Of a stretch of 64,000 bases of DNA, positions 19,133 to 28,579 are shown one piece after another. The notes beneath the pieces are model-generated. The model saw only the letters and a list, made by a program, of their open reading frames with translations. It ran no database searches and had not been told where the DNA came from. Position 1 is the stretch's first letter; each line of letters begins with the position of its first letter. Origin of the DNA: Brumimicrobium sp. (GTDB lineage: Bacteria > Bacteroidota > Bacteroidia > Flavobacteriales_D > Crocinitomicaceae); the NCBI GenBank assembly GCA_965656195.1, contig CBFHJL010000001.1:11715-75714 (forward strand), in the 5' to 3' direction. The position numbers and the translations under genes are program-made.

Positions 19133-19723
19133 ATGAGTCAGAGTCGAATAAACCCCGTTTATCATCATTCAGATAGGATGCTGAGTGACGAGCAAGAGCA
19201 AATCGCTCTTGCGAAAAGTGATCCTAGATATTTTGCTCCACTGTATGAGAAATACCACGAGCAGATTTTTAGATACATTGATCAGCGTATGGATGATCAA
19301 GACCTCGCGTACGATGTAACTTCACAAGTTTTTCTTAAGGCGATAAAAAATATTCACAAATTTGAATATAGAGGGGTTCCGCTAGGTTCATGGCTTTATA
19401 GAATAGCTAAGAGTGAATTAAATCAAGCCTTTAGAAATCGAAAAGCTAAACGAGCGATCAATATAGATAAAACGCATGTTGCTACTTTCATGGAAGTTTT
19501 TAGCGAGGAAGAAAATGATTTGAATCGTAAACGACTATTTAATGCTTTAGATCAGTTGAAGGATGTGGACTTGCAACTGATAGAATTACGCTACTTTGAA
19601 GATCGTCCATATCGTGAGATAGGGGAGATACTCGAAATCAAGGAGAATAATGCGAAAGTGAAAACTTTTAGAGCACTTGAAAAATTGAAACATCTATTTA
19701 CTAAAACCTACGGTAATGAGTAA
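19133..19723 (+). CDS. ECF RNA polymerase sigma factor
   Basis: FAPLYEKY, D..YDVTSQVFLKA, SWLYRIA, region 4 LRYFEDRPYREIGEIL..KENNAKVKTFRA; start set at ATG 19133. Confidence 0.93.
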   Translation: MSQSRINPVYHHSDRMLSDEQEQIALAKSDPRYFAPLYEKYHEQIFRYIDQRMDDQDLAYDVTSQVFLKAIKNIHKFEYRGVPLGSWLYRIAKSELNQAFRNRKAKRAINIDKTHVATFMEVFSEEENDLNRKRLFNALDQLKDVDLQLIELRYFEDRPYREIGEILEIKENNAKVKTFRALEKLKHLFTKTYGNE

Positions 19724-21398
19724 TCGTAAAATTAATTATAATCGTCCGGTACCATCTAGCGAAAAGGTAAAGGAACGTCAAAATTTTGATGACGTTCTGA
19801 ATCAAATCGCAACGGTACCTGCACCGTTTTTTAAGAGCATAGGTTTCTGGGGAGCTATTGGTTCCTCAGTAATCGCTTTTACTTTTCTAACCAACCAATA
19901 TTTTAATTCTGTAAAAGAGAAAAATGCCTATGAAGCAAACCCTACTTTAGCAATTCAGTCTAATGAATTACCTCAAGACACAAAGTGCATAAAACCAATC
20001 AATGATCGTGTAGATCATGAATTTGAAACTTTCGTAATTCAACCGAATAAGTCAAATACTATCTACGTAGAAGGAGGTGCTATAATATCCATTCCTGCAG
20101 ATGCATTTGTAACGGAAAGCAAAGAGGATATTATAATTAATGCCAGAGTATTTAGAGACAAATCAGAAGCCTATGTTGCTGGTGTTCCAATGGACTATGG
20201 TGATAGCGAGGCTTTTGAGTCTGCTGGAATGATAGAAATCAGAGGCAGTCAAAATGGAAAGAAGGTGGAGTTGAATGCTGATAAAGAGATTGAAGTCACT
20301 TTAGGCTTGCATAAGTCGCCTGAAGATTTTGATTTTTACGCCTTGGATGATCAAACAGGTGAATGGTCAGAATATGTTGCAGAAATGAAATCCATCGCTC
20401 AACAATTGCCAGAACAAAATGATTTGGTTGAAGCGTTAAAATCTGAATTGAATGAAGGTATAAAGCGTGTTGAGGCTGTAGAGAAGGAAATCTCAACGTT
20501 AACTACACCCAAGAAAGCAGATTATCATATCGCTGAGAACAAACAACAAGTGTTCGAACTGAAGTTTAATAAACACGAATTTCCGGAGCTAAGATCATTT
20601 GAACAGCTTCAGTTTGAGGCTAAGTGTAGCGCTCTTAAATATAGTGAGATTCTTGTTAAAACATGGACAGATGTTGATCTTCAGCAAACGAATAGAGGAG
20701 AGTATCAAGCTGAATTTTCAAATCGAAGTGGTGCGAAAATAGCTGTTGATGTTGTGCCGGTTGTAAGTGGTAAACAAGCTGATATAGCATTCAAAAGATA
20801 TTCATCTGAAAAGAAACGTATAGAGAATGAAAGACGCAAGAAACAAGAGGTGTTAGAAGGTCTATACGCTGAAAATAATGAAAGACAAGAAAGAATTAGC
20901 AGTCTCATTAGCCTGGATGAACGCAGAAATCAGGAGTTTTTGGATCGTCGTGCACAAGCTGATAATAAAGAGTTTGTTGAGAAAGTTGCAATGTTGAACG
21001 AGTTCTACAATGCTTCAGCTACATTCAGAACAAACAGATGGGGTGTTTTTAACTGTGATAAACCTGTTAAGTATCCTAGCGCTCCTTTGTCACCATATAC
21101 TTTTGCTTCAAACAATAATCCTGTGAAAGCTCGAGAAATTCATGTTTTTGATCTCGATAAAGATGTGCAATATAGGTATGGAACTCATAATCATCCATTG
21201 GCTTCAGCTGCTATTAATAATGGTGAAACTGTAATAATTGTTCAAGATCGAAATGGTAACATGGGGTATGCAAGAGTTCACTCAAGAAAAGAGATTCAGA
21301 ATCGAGTAATTAAGCTCATTCCTATAAATGCAAAGGAGGCAGATATGGAGTTCTTCAAATCATTATTGGATGAAGATAAGGAAAGAGTTAGGGCTTAG
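19716..21398 (+). CDS. Single-pass membrane protein, candidate anti-sigma factor
   Basis: 8-nt overlap with the sigma gene; about 38-aa cytoplasmic N-terminus, one hydrophobic helix, beta domain (FESAGMIEI), coiled coil, WGVFNCD motif. Confidence 0.65.
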   Translation: MSNRKINYNRPVPSSEKVKERQNFDDVLNQIATVPAPFFKSIGFWGAIGSSVIAFTFLTNQYFNSVKEKNAYEANPTLAIQSNELPQDTKCIKPINDRVDHEFETFVIQPNKSNTIYVEGGAIISIPADAFVTESKEDIIINARVFRDKSEAYVAGVPMDYGDSEAFESAGMIEIRGSQNGKKVELNADKEIEVTLGLHKSPEDFDFYALDDQTGEWSEYVAEMKSIAQQLPEQNDLVEALKSELNEGIKRVEAVEKEISTLTTPKKADYHIAENKQQVFELKFNKHEFPELRSFEQLQFEAKCSALKYSEILVKTWTDVDLQQTNRGEYQAEFSNRSGAKIAVDVVPVVSGKQADIAFKRYSSEKKRIENERRKKQEVLEGLYAENNERQERISSLISLDERRNQEFLDRRAQADNKEFVEKVAMLNEFYNASATFRTNRWGVFNCDKPVKYPSAPLSPYTFASNNNPVKAREIHVFDLDKDVQYRYGTHNHPLASAAINNGETVIIVQDRNGNMGYARVHSRKEIQNRVIKLIPINAKEADMEFFKSLLDEDKERVRA

Positions 21399-21786
21399 CT
21401 TTGTATTTATTTCGCTCTTTTGGATGTGTATAGGTCAAGTAGATCAAGTACACATTCAGAAAGAGTGGGGTGAAATGGATTTCGCTCCTAGAATAGCTGG
21501 TTACGTTGACGGTGATATTCCAATCAATAAAATTTGTGATGCAAGGGGGATATACATTGATAGAGGACTTAAGGTCATATCTTTTAAATTAGAATTGCAA
21601 TCGGGTAGGTACGACACTATTATTCGAATTAACGGAAATCAATTACCTGATAGCATCTGTGCTTTTATTCAATCTCAAGGTCCTGGAATGCATTATTACT
21701 TTACTAGAATTTGTGCTATGGATAGAGATGGATCTTTGAAACACCTTAGTCCCCTTCGTCTCTTTACTGTTCGAGAAGATGATTGA
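21370..21786 (+). CDS. Secreted protein resembling the GldM/PorM C-terminal (D4) domain
   Basis: Start set at ATG 21370 (signal peptide ending CIG|Q); GI.I...KVISF...INGNQL...I....G..YYF..I.A...DG..K.L.P pattern. Confidence 0.6.
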   Translation: MKIRKELGLSFVFISLFWMCIGQVDQVHIQKEWGEMDFAPRIAGYVDGDIPINKICDARGIYIDRGLKVISFKLELQSGRYDTIIRINGNQLPDSICAFIQSQGPGMHYYFTRICAMDRDGSLKHLSPLRLFTVREDD

Positions 21787-21874
21787 TGATTCATTTGTAA
21801 ATACTACCAACTAGAATTACAGTAATTCCCTTTAATTGCTTAGTTTTGTTGTCTTAAACTCAATCAATTATTTC

Positions 21875-22687
21875 ATGAAAATTTCTGTTTTTCTATCATT
21901 CGTTTTATTTGCATCAGCACTATCAGGACAAGTTACTTTATTACAAGAAAATTTTGACACACCTGGATTACCTGCCGGATGGGAGCGAATTGACAATGAT
22001 GGAAATACACCAGCAAATGATGTAAGCGAATATACCGACGCATGGATTTATAAAGAAGACCCGTTGAACGCAGGAAATGGAACTTTTTCCAGTACTTCAT
22101 TTTTTGATCCTATCGATCGCGCAGATCGTTGGTTGATCTCTCCTTCGATTACTTTGGGAGCCTCCGGAAACTTCATTTCTTGGAAAGGATTATCAAGTGA
22201 TGCTTCTTTTCCCGATTCATATAAGGTTGTTATTTCAACAACTACGAGTGATATAGTTGATTTTACAGATACTTTAGTGCTCATTGGTGCTGAATCTCCG
22301 GATTGGACCGAATACACCCTAGATCTTGAAGAATATGCGAGTGAAACAGTTTTTATAGCGTTTGTCAATACCACTTTTGATGGATTTAAATTATACCTTG
22401 ACAGTATTCACGTTAGAGAGCAAGATCCATTGAATGTTACAGAATTAGATAATGTTACAATAAGTTTGTATCCCAACCCTGCGACAAATGCTGTAAAAGT
22501 TCAAGCGAATCAAACGGTGACAGCATTATCTTTATTTTCAGCTCTTGGTCAGCGCGTCCATTTAATTGAAAACAACGCTACGAATTTGATAGAACTAGAA
22601 TTGTCTAACTTGCCTCAAGGAATATACTATGTGCATCTTAAACTAATCTCTGGAGAGATCATTAGGAAGAAGCTCATCAAAAGATAG
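21875..22687 (+). CDS. T9SS cargo with cleaved-adhesin (choice-of-anchor J) domain
   Basis: GWERIDNDG, DRWLISPSI, Y.V.IST, YLDSIHV; C-terminal LYPNPA...LPQGIYYV...KKLIK. Confidence 0.85.
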   Translation: MKISVFLSFVLFASALSGQVTLLQENFDTPGLPAGWERIDNDGNTPANDVSEYTDAWIYKEDPLNAGNGTFSSTSFFDPIDRADRWLISPSITLGASGNFISWKGLSSDASFPDSYKVVISTTTSDIVDFTDTLVLIGAESPDWTEYTLDLEEYASETVFIAFVNTTFDGFKLYLDSIHVREQDPLNVTELDNVTISLYPNPATNAVKVQANQTVTALSLFSALGQRVHLIENNATNLIELELSNLPQGIYYVHLKLISGEIIRKKLIKR

Positions 22688-22722
22688 CAGGGTTTTAGCA
22701 AAGAAGTAAATCGTATTAATCC

Positions 22723-23394
22723 CTACTGATCCTTGCCTTCTTTCTTTAATTGCATTAGAACAGAGAACGCAGCATCAATATCATCCGAGTGCACAACTAC
22801 GGTAAACTCATTCGATGTAGAAACCACTTCAACAATATTTATGCCTTCCCAAGCTAGGTGTTTAAGGATAAAATAATAGATTCCTGATATTTCTGTATTA
22901 ACTGTAGGAAGCTTGATTGTTATTGAAGCTAGATCTGCTGTATGCGATTTTAATTTTTCATCCTTAAAGACAACCTCTAGTTTTTCTTTAACTGATAAAC
23001 TTGTAATGATGGTTGACTCTCCCACACCATGACAGAATGTGTAAAACGGATCTTGTTCATCGTTGAGCAACTTCATCATTTCTGCTTGACGCAAAGTAAG
23101 GGTAGTGGAATTCTCGAAAGTGAAGTCTTCTAAATCACTTCGCACGAGGAAGTCACCTAATGTTCCCATAAAATTCTTAATCTTCAGGTTAATTCTATGG
23201 TAATACCCAGGAGACATTCTTTTAATAGACATAATGACCGCACCTTCTTTCACGGGTTTCTTAAGATGATCTTCAATCTCAGGTTTGATTTTACGTGCTA
23301 GTGCTGAAACGTTAATCAAGTTTTCTGTTAGAGCTTCTCTTAAAAAAGGGGAGCGATTAATGATTTCTTCTGTAACCTTTCCGATAGATGACAT
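22723..23394 (-). CDS. HTH plus ACT-domain protein (often annotated aspartate-kinase-like)
   Basis: N-terminal LINVSALARKIKPEI helix-turn-helix-like segment; C-terminal EGINIVEVVSTSNEFTVVV ACT; no kinase domain. Confidence 0.7.
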   Translation of the reverse strand: MSSIGKVTEEIINRSPFLREALTENLINVSALARKIKPEIEDHLKKPVKEGAVIMSIKRMSPGYYHRINLKIKNFMGTLGDFLVRSDLEDFTFENSTTLTLRQAEMMKLLNDEQDPFYTFCHGVGESTIITSLSVKEKLEVVFKDEKLKSHTADLASITIKLPTVNTEISGIYYFILKHLAWEGINIVEVVSTSNEFTVVVHSDDIDAAFSVLMQLKKEGKDQ

Positions 23395-23428
23395 TACGGT
23401 ATTATTTAATTGATTGTTGTATAATTAA

Positions 23429-23436
23429 CAAAAATA
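23429..23436 (-). promoter_or_regulatory. -7 promoter box TATTTTTG
   Basis: Consensus match upstream of the ACT gene. Confidence 0.5.
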
Positions 23437-23468
23437 ACTTTTTAATTCATACTAAGTGTAATTATGTT

Positions 23469-23506
23469 AAAAAAAAGGCGCTTCCTGTTATTTAGGAGCG
23501 CCTTTC
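23469..23506 (-). terminator. Intrinsic terminator after lolA
   Basis: - strand GAAAGGCGCTCCT-loop-AGGAAGCGCC followed by a T run. Confidence 0.8.
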
Positions 23507-23528
23507 TATATAATGTGTTTTGCTTTAA

Positions 23529-24167
23529 CTAGTCTCGTATCAACTGATATCCAGGGAATTTCTGAGGATTGTATACGAACTTCGCATCATCTACCTTCTT
23601 GTTTTTATCGAATTTACTGATTGTATATGTCATCGTACTACCATCCTTAGTTTTCATAATTGCCTTTTGAAGATCTTTTCCATCAACTCCAATGTATAGA
23701 ATGATTGTATGGTAGTTAACTTCAGCAGGATTGGTAGGGTATAAATTAATTTGATGAACCTTTTTACCGTTCATGGTAAGTTCCTTTGCATATTTACTTC
23801 TGAAGCCTTCTTCCCAAATGGTCATTAGCTTCTTCGGATTCATGCTTTCTTCATCTTCGTAATCCACATCACTTTGATACACAACCTTTTCTTCCTTTAC
23901 TACTGTCCAATTCTTCATTGCATTTGAAATCAATACGTTTTCACCGAGTGCAGCGTAATATTTTTCATCTTTTACATAGCCATACCCTTTCTGACTTGAA
24001 TTTTCACCTGTAGATGGGTTTTTTACATTCATTGTAAACTCAATGTAAAAAGAATTCATCGCTTTGATCTCTTTGGACATGTTGTTCAAGATCTTTTCTG
24101 ATTTTTCATCAGATTGAGCGAATGCTGCAGTTGTTATAAATACTAATGCAATTAATAAATATTTCAT
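23529..24167 (-). CDS. lolA: Outer-membrane lipoprotein carrier LolA family
   Basis: Signal peptide ending AFA|Q; follows ftsK as is typical; NPKKLMTIWEEGF, Y.L.P. Start set at ATG 24167. Confidence 0.75.
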   Translation of the reverse strand: MKYLLIALVFITTAAFAQSDEKSEKILNNMSKEIKAMNSFYIEFTMNVKNPSTGENSSQKGYGYVKDEKYYAALGENVLISNAMKNWTVVKEEKVVYQSDVDYEDEESMNPKKLMTIWEEGFRSKYAKELTMNGKKVHQINLYPTNPAEVNYHTIILYIGVDGKDLQKAIMKTKDGSTMTYTISKFDKNKKVDDAKFVYNPQKFPGYQLIRD

Positions 24168-24192
24168 TGTTCTTAATTTTGATTGCTTTAAC

Positions 24193-24207
24193 ACAGAAAC
24201 TGTGCCA
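24193..24207 (-). promoter_or_regulatory. Possible sigma-54 -24/-12 element TGGCACAGTTTCTGT (overlaps -7 box TAGTTTTG at 24206-24213)
   Basis: TGGCAC-N5-CTGT spacing upstream of lolA. Confidence 0.35.
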
Positions 24208-24269
24208 AAACTAGTTATTTTCTATGGGTCAAAAGTGAAATTAACAACTATATAACGATTTGTCTTAAC

Positions 24270-26738
24270 CTATAAAAGTCCCTTAGAGTCTAAGTATTCG
24301 TCTAGCGCTACAAGATCTGGAACAAGCACCTCTCTGGCTTTACTTCCTTTGAAAGGTCCTATGATGTTATGCGCTTCGAGTTGATCAACAATTCTTCCTG
24401 CCCTATTGTAGCCTAATTTTAATTTACGCTGCAACAAACTAGCAGACCCCTGTTGATGCGTCACAATGATTCGAGCAGCTTCGGCAAAGTTAGCATCTAG
24501 TTCATCAAGATCATCACTTCCTGAACCTCCTTCACTGCTTTCACCAACATATTCTGGAAGAGCAAGTGCTTCGGGATAGGCTCTTTGATTTCCAATAAAG
24601 TCACAGATTTCTTCAACCTCCGGAGTATCAACAAATCCACACTGTAGACGAATAACATCATTTCCGGTTGAGATTAACATATCCCCTTTACCAATAAGCT
24701 GGTCAGCGCCGGAAGAATCAAGAATAGTTCTTGAATCTACCTTAGAAAGCACTCTAAAGGCAATTCGAGCTGGAAAGTTCGCCTTAATCATACCTGTAAT
24801 TACATTTACGGAAGGTCTTTGAGTGGCTACAATTAAATGGATACCAATTGCTCGAGCAAGTTGGGCTAATCGAGCAATAGGGTGTTCTACCTCTTTACCA
24901 GCCGTCATAATCAAATCTGCAAACTCATCAATTAAGACAACAATATATGGCATGTACCTGTGACCTTTTTCTGGATTCAGTTTCCTTTGTACAAATTTAT
25001 TATTGTATTCCTTTATATTCCTAGTTTGTGCTTGCTTTAGGAGTTCATATCGATCATCCATTTCAACACAAAGTGAGTTCAAGGTGTTTACAACTTTAGA
25101 GGTATCGGTAATGATTGGCTCTTCTTCATCGGGAAGTTTAGCAAGGAAGTGGCGTTCAATTTTATTGAATAGTGTTAATTCCACCTTTTTTGGATCGATC
25201 AATACGAATTTCACCTGCGAAGGGTGCTTTTTGTAGAGCATTGAAACGAGAATAGCATTCAGTCCAACTGATTTACCTTGACCTGTTGCACCTGCTACTA
25301 ATAGGTGAGGCATTTTTACTAAATCAAATGTAAATGTTTCATTAGTAATTGTTTTACCAAGAACAACGGGCAGCTCAAAGTCTGAATTTTGGAACTTCTC
25401 TGAAGCGATCAAAGAACGCATACTTACGATTTCAGGCTTGCTATTCGGAACCTCAATCCCTATGGTCCCCTTTCCTGGTATCGGAGCGATAATACGTATT
25501 CCAAGTGCTGCTAAACTTAATGCGATGTCATCCTCTAGATTCTTGATTTTCGAGATACGAACTCCAGGAGCTGGAACTATTTCATATAAGGTGACGGTAG
25601 GACCAATTGTTGCCTTAATTTTGGAAATCTCGATTTTGTAATTGGACAATGTTTCAACAATCTTATCTTTATTAGACTCAAGTTCCTCTTTGCTAACACC
25701 TGTTTTGCTTGTGTCAAATTTTTGAAGCAAGTCAATAGGAGGTAAGGTGTAATTTGCTAGATCTAATTTAGGATCATACTCTCCAAAGTCTTCTACTTTT
25801 TTATTTACATCGTCATCAGATAGTTCTTTTTCCTCTTCAGCTACTTCTACTGAAAATTCATCATCTTCGTCATTTGTCTCTTCTGCCACTTCAGATTCCT
25901 GGAATTCAGTTTCAAGTTCTAAACTGGACTCTTCGCTTTCCTTTTCTTTTTCTTCCTCCTCATCTTCTGTTTCGTCTTCAAATTGGACTTCAACAGGTTC
26001 TTTTTCTTCTTCTATTTCTTCATCTTCAATGGTGTTTACAATTTTTATGTCCTCCATCGAGTTTTTCAACTCTTCTGCTTCTTCTTCCGTGTTTTTACCA
26101 AAATACTTATCAAATAGCGCCTTGAAATCAGGGTTGAATAGCGCAACGATAGCTATAAATAAAGTTACGAGCACAAGCAGTACAGCTCCAAATTCTCCTA
26201 AAACTGATGAGAGCCAAATGTGCATAGAATGCCCAAATACTCCTCCTAGGTAGTGAATATCAGTAGAAAACAGCCCTAAAAATATTGACGTCCAGAGGAT
26301 ACCAATGAACGTTACTATATACGTTTGTTTCAGGGGTAATAAGCGTATGTTTACCAATAATCGCATTCCGGTTATGAAGCATAACATGCTGAACGCAAAA
26401 GAAGCAATTCCAAACCAGCTATAGATAAAAAGGTGAGAGGTCCAAGCTCCAAACTTACCAAGCCAGTTACTCACTTCCGCAGATGTATCACCAAAAATAA
26501 ACTCAAAGAATCCTTTGTCAATGATTAGGTTTTGATCTTGTTTCCATGTGAACAAATACGAAACAAACGCTATGAACAGATAGACCGAGAGCAAAAGAAG
26601 TATAGTTCCAGTAATAGATTTGGTCTTACGACGATCTACTTTACCATAAAACTGATCTAATGAAAATTTCTTACTGCTCTTTTTCGTCGATCGTTTCTTT
26701 TTCTTGTCTTTCTCTTTGAGAACGTTTCCTTTTGCCAT
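24270..26738 (-). CDS. ftsK: DNA translocase FtsK
   Basis: N-terminal 4TM region, acidic linker, HLLVAGATGQGKS, IDEFADL, ATQRPSV, gamma domain LLQRKLKLGYNRAGR. Confidence 0.96.
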   Translation of the reverse strand: MAKGNVLKEKDKKKKRSTKKSSKKFSLDQFYGKVDRRKTKSITGTILLLLSVYLFIAFVSYLFTWKQDQNLIIDKGFFEFIFGDTSAEVSNWLGKFGAWTSHLFIYSWFGIASFAFSMLCFITGMRLLVNIRLLPLKQTYIVTFIGILWTSIFLGLFSTDIHYLGGVFGHSMHIWLSSVLGEFGAVLLVLVTLFIAIVALFNPDFKALFDKYFGKNTEEEAEELKNSMEDIKIVNTIEDEEIEEEKEPVEVQFEDETEDEEEEKEKESEESSLELETEFQESEVAEETNDEDDEFSVEVAEEEKELSDDDVNKKVEDFGEYDPKLDLANYTLPPIDLLQKFDTSKTGVSKEELESNKDKIVETLSNYKIEISKIKATIGPTVTLYEIVPAPGVRISKIKNLEDDIALSLAALGIRIIAPIPGKGTIGIEVPNSKPEIVSMRSLIASEKFQNSDFELPVVLGKTITNETFTFDLVKMPHLLVAGATGQGKSVGLNAILVSMLYKKHPSQVKFVLIDPKKVELTLFNKIERHFLAKLPDEEEPIITDTSKVVNTLNSLCVEMDDRYELLKQAQTRNIKEYNNKFVQRKLNPEKGHRYMPYIVVLIDEFADLIMTAGKEVEHPIARLAQLARAIGIHLIVATQRPSVNVITGMIKANFPARIAFRVLSKVDSRTILDSSGADQLIGKGDMLISTGNDVIRLQCGFVDTPEVEEICDFIGNQRAYPEALALPEYVGESSEGGSGSDDLDELDANFAEAARIIVTHQQGSASLLQRKLKLGYNRAGRIVDQLEAHNIIGPFKGSKAREVLVPDLVALDEYLDSKGLL

Positions 26739-26821
26739 GTTCTAACCCAATTATTGTACGAATATAGGTATAGATTTCATTGTTAAAGTAGTTTTAAAAA
26801 CCGTGTTTCCACACATTAATG

Positions 26822-27454
26822 TTAGTTCTCTTGCAACATTTCCATGAATTCATCGAGCGTAATAATTTCATGATCCGATGGAATACCAAAATAATCCCGC
26901 GGAATAGGTTTCTGCTCAAACTCTATTAACTCGTACGTTATCCAAATACCATTTGAATGGATGCTGTATTTTACGGGTAAACCAGGTATTCCTTCTAATG
27001 CGTTTGAATACTTAGAAGAAACTTCAGGAAGATAGTTCACCATAAAAGTGGTGTCTTGATCATTATCAGTTATCATAACTCTTCGGGCCTCCTGTCCTGC
27101 AATAATATCAGTACCCATCTTATTTTTATAGGTGTACTTGTCATTGTTTTTGATGCTATCAGTTATCGTTTGAATGGCAACGCTCTTAACTCCTAGATCC
27201 ATTAGGATATAAGCTCTATTCTTGGGAATATGTTTGATGTAAAGTTGCTTTCCAATAGGTGTGTAACTATCAATGCGCAACATTGAATCCATCATATAAA
27301 TAATTTGATAATTAGAACTATCTTGAGCAGAAGGGTTGCTGATTGAAGAGGTTATCTTGTAAATCATTTTACCTTGAAAATCTTCATTATGTTCTTTAGG
27401 TAATCCACAAGAAAATATTGAAATTGAGATAATTATAAATGTAAATAGACGCAT
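26822..27454 (-). CDS. Lipoprotein, GLPGLI/DUF4412-like
   Basis: Lipobox IFSC; I.G..A..V, GIPGLPVKY, F.IP.D motifs. Confidence 0.55.
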   Translation of the reverse strand: MRLFTFIIISISIFSCGLPKEHNEDFQGKMIYKITSSISNPSAQDSSNYQIIYMMDSMLRIDSYTPIGKQLYIKHIPKNRAYILMDLGVKSVAIQTITDSIKNNDKYTYKNKMGTDIIAGQEARRVMITDNDQDTTFMVNYLPEVSSKYSNALEGIPGLPVKYSIHSNGIWITYELIEFEQKPIPRDYFGIPSDHEIITLDEFMEMLQEN

Positions 27455-27568
27455 TGATTTATTTTTTGGTAATAACGTTTAATTCAATAATCGGTTACTA
27501 AATTAATATTTTAGTTTACCCAACTATGAATCGATTATTGAAAACAAAGTTCATGCTATTGATTTTTG

Positions 27569-27576
27569 TATTTTTG
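27569..27576 (+). promoter_or_regulatory. -7 promoter box TATTTTTG
   Basis: Consensus match upstream of arginase. Confidence 0.55.
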
Positions 27577-27610
27577 CTGCTCAATAGTTGAATTAAAATA
27601 GTACATAAAT

Positions 27611-28570
27611 ATGTCAAACTCGATTGCTTACATCATTAATGAGTCTGAAATTTCTGCAGGAACTAGAGGGGCTAGTCTAGGTCCTGGTGCAATGCGCGTT
27701 GTGGATCACAATAGAAAGGAGTTTCTTTTTGGTAAATATCCAAATACTTTTATCCAAACTGAGAATCACCTTTTGGATCAGCCTACTGATTTGGTATGGG
27801 GGAAACGAGCAGATGGATTGGCTAAAATCTATGACCGAGTAGCTGAAGCTGTTAAAGAAAGCAGGGGGAATTTTGATTTCACGTTGGTAATCGCGGCTGA
27901 TCATGGATCGGCTGGAGGAACGATCGCTGGATTAAAGATGGCTAACCCTGCTCATCGACTTGGAGTGCTGTGGATTGATGCTCATGGAGATCTTCATACA
28001 CCATATACAACTCCTTCGGGAAATATGCATGGAATGCCTTTGGCAACCGCCTTAAATGAAGATAATCTTGAATCTAAACAAAATGATCCGAAAGATGAAA
28101 CAGTTCGTTTTTGGAATCAGATGAAAAATGTTGGTGGTATTGCTCCGAAAATAGAAGCAGATGACCTCGCGTTCATTGGTTTGAGAGATTTAGAGACTCC
28201 GGAGATTGAGTTGATGGAGCGAAAAGGAATTAAAAATATTGCCGTTAAGGAACTCAGGGAAGTTGGTGTTCAGTCAATTATAGATAGGTTAGAGAAGAAA
28301 TTTTCAGATTGTGATGAGATTTATTTGTCATTTGACGTAGATTCAATGGATCCAAATATAGTTTCTCATGGAACAGGGACTCCTGTAGACGATGGTTTGT
28401 CTCCAGAGGAGTCAAGATCTTTACTTACACACTTTGCAAATCATCCTAAGGTGAAATGTATTGAGTTTGTTGAAGTTAACCCTTGTTTGGATGAGAAAAC
28501 GAATCGTATGGCGGAAGTTGCATATGATTTAATGAAAGATGTTGTAGAAACTGCTGAGAAGAAAGCGTAG
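27611..28570 (+). CDS. rocF: Arginase
   Basis: DHG, WIDAHGD, SGNMHGMP, SFDVDSMDP, EVNP. Confidence 0.9.
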   Translation: MSNSIAYIINESEISAGTRGASLGPGAMRVVDHNRKEFLFGKYPNTFIQTENHLLDQPTDLVWGKRADGLAKIYDRVAEAVKESRGNFDFTLVIAADHGSAGGTIAGLKMANPAHRLGVLWIDAHGDLHTPYTTPSGNMHGMPLATALNEDNLESKQNDPKDETVRFWNQMKNVGGIAPKIEADDLAFIGLRDLETPEIELMERKGIKNIAVKELREVGVQSIIDRLEKKFSDCDEIYLSFDVDSMDPNIVSHGTGTPVDDGLSPEESRSLLTHFANHPKVKCIEFVEVNPCLDEKTNRMAEVAYDLMKDVVETAEKKA

Positions 28571-28579
28571 ATAGAAGTA

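Noticed and set aside
25780-26090. Glu/Asp-rich low-complexity DNA within ftsK
   Set aside because: Ordinary disordered FtsK linker, not a tandem repeat or insertion.
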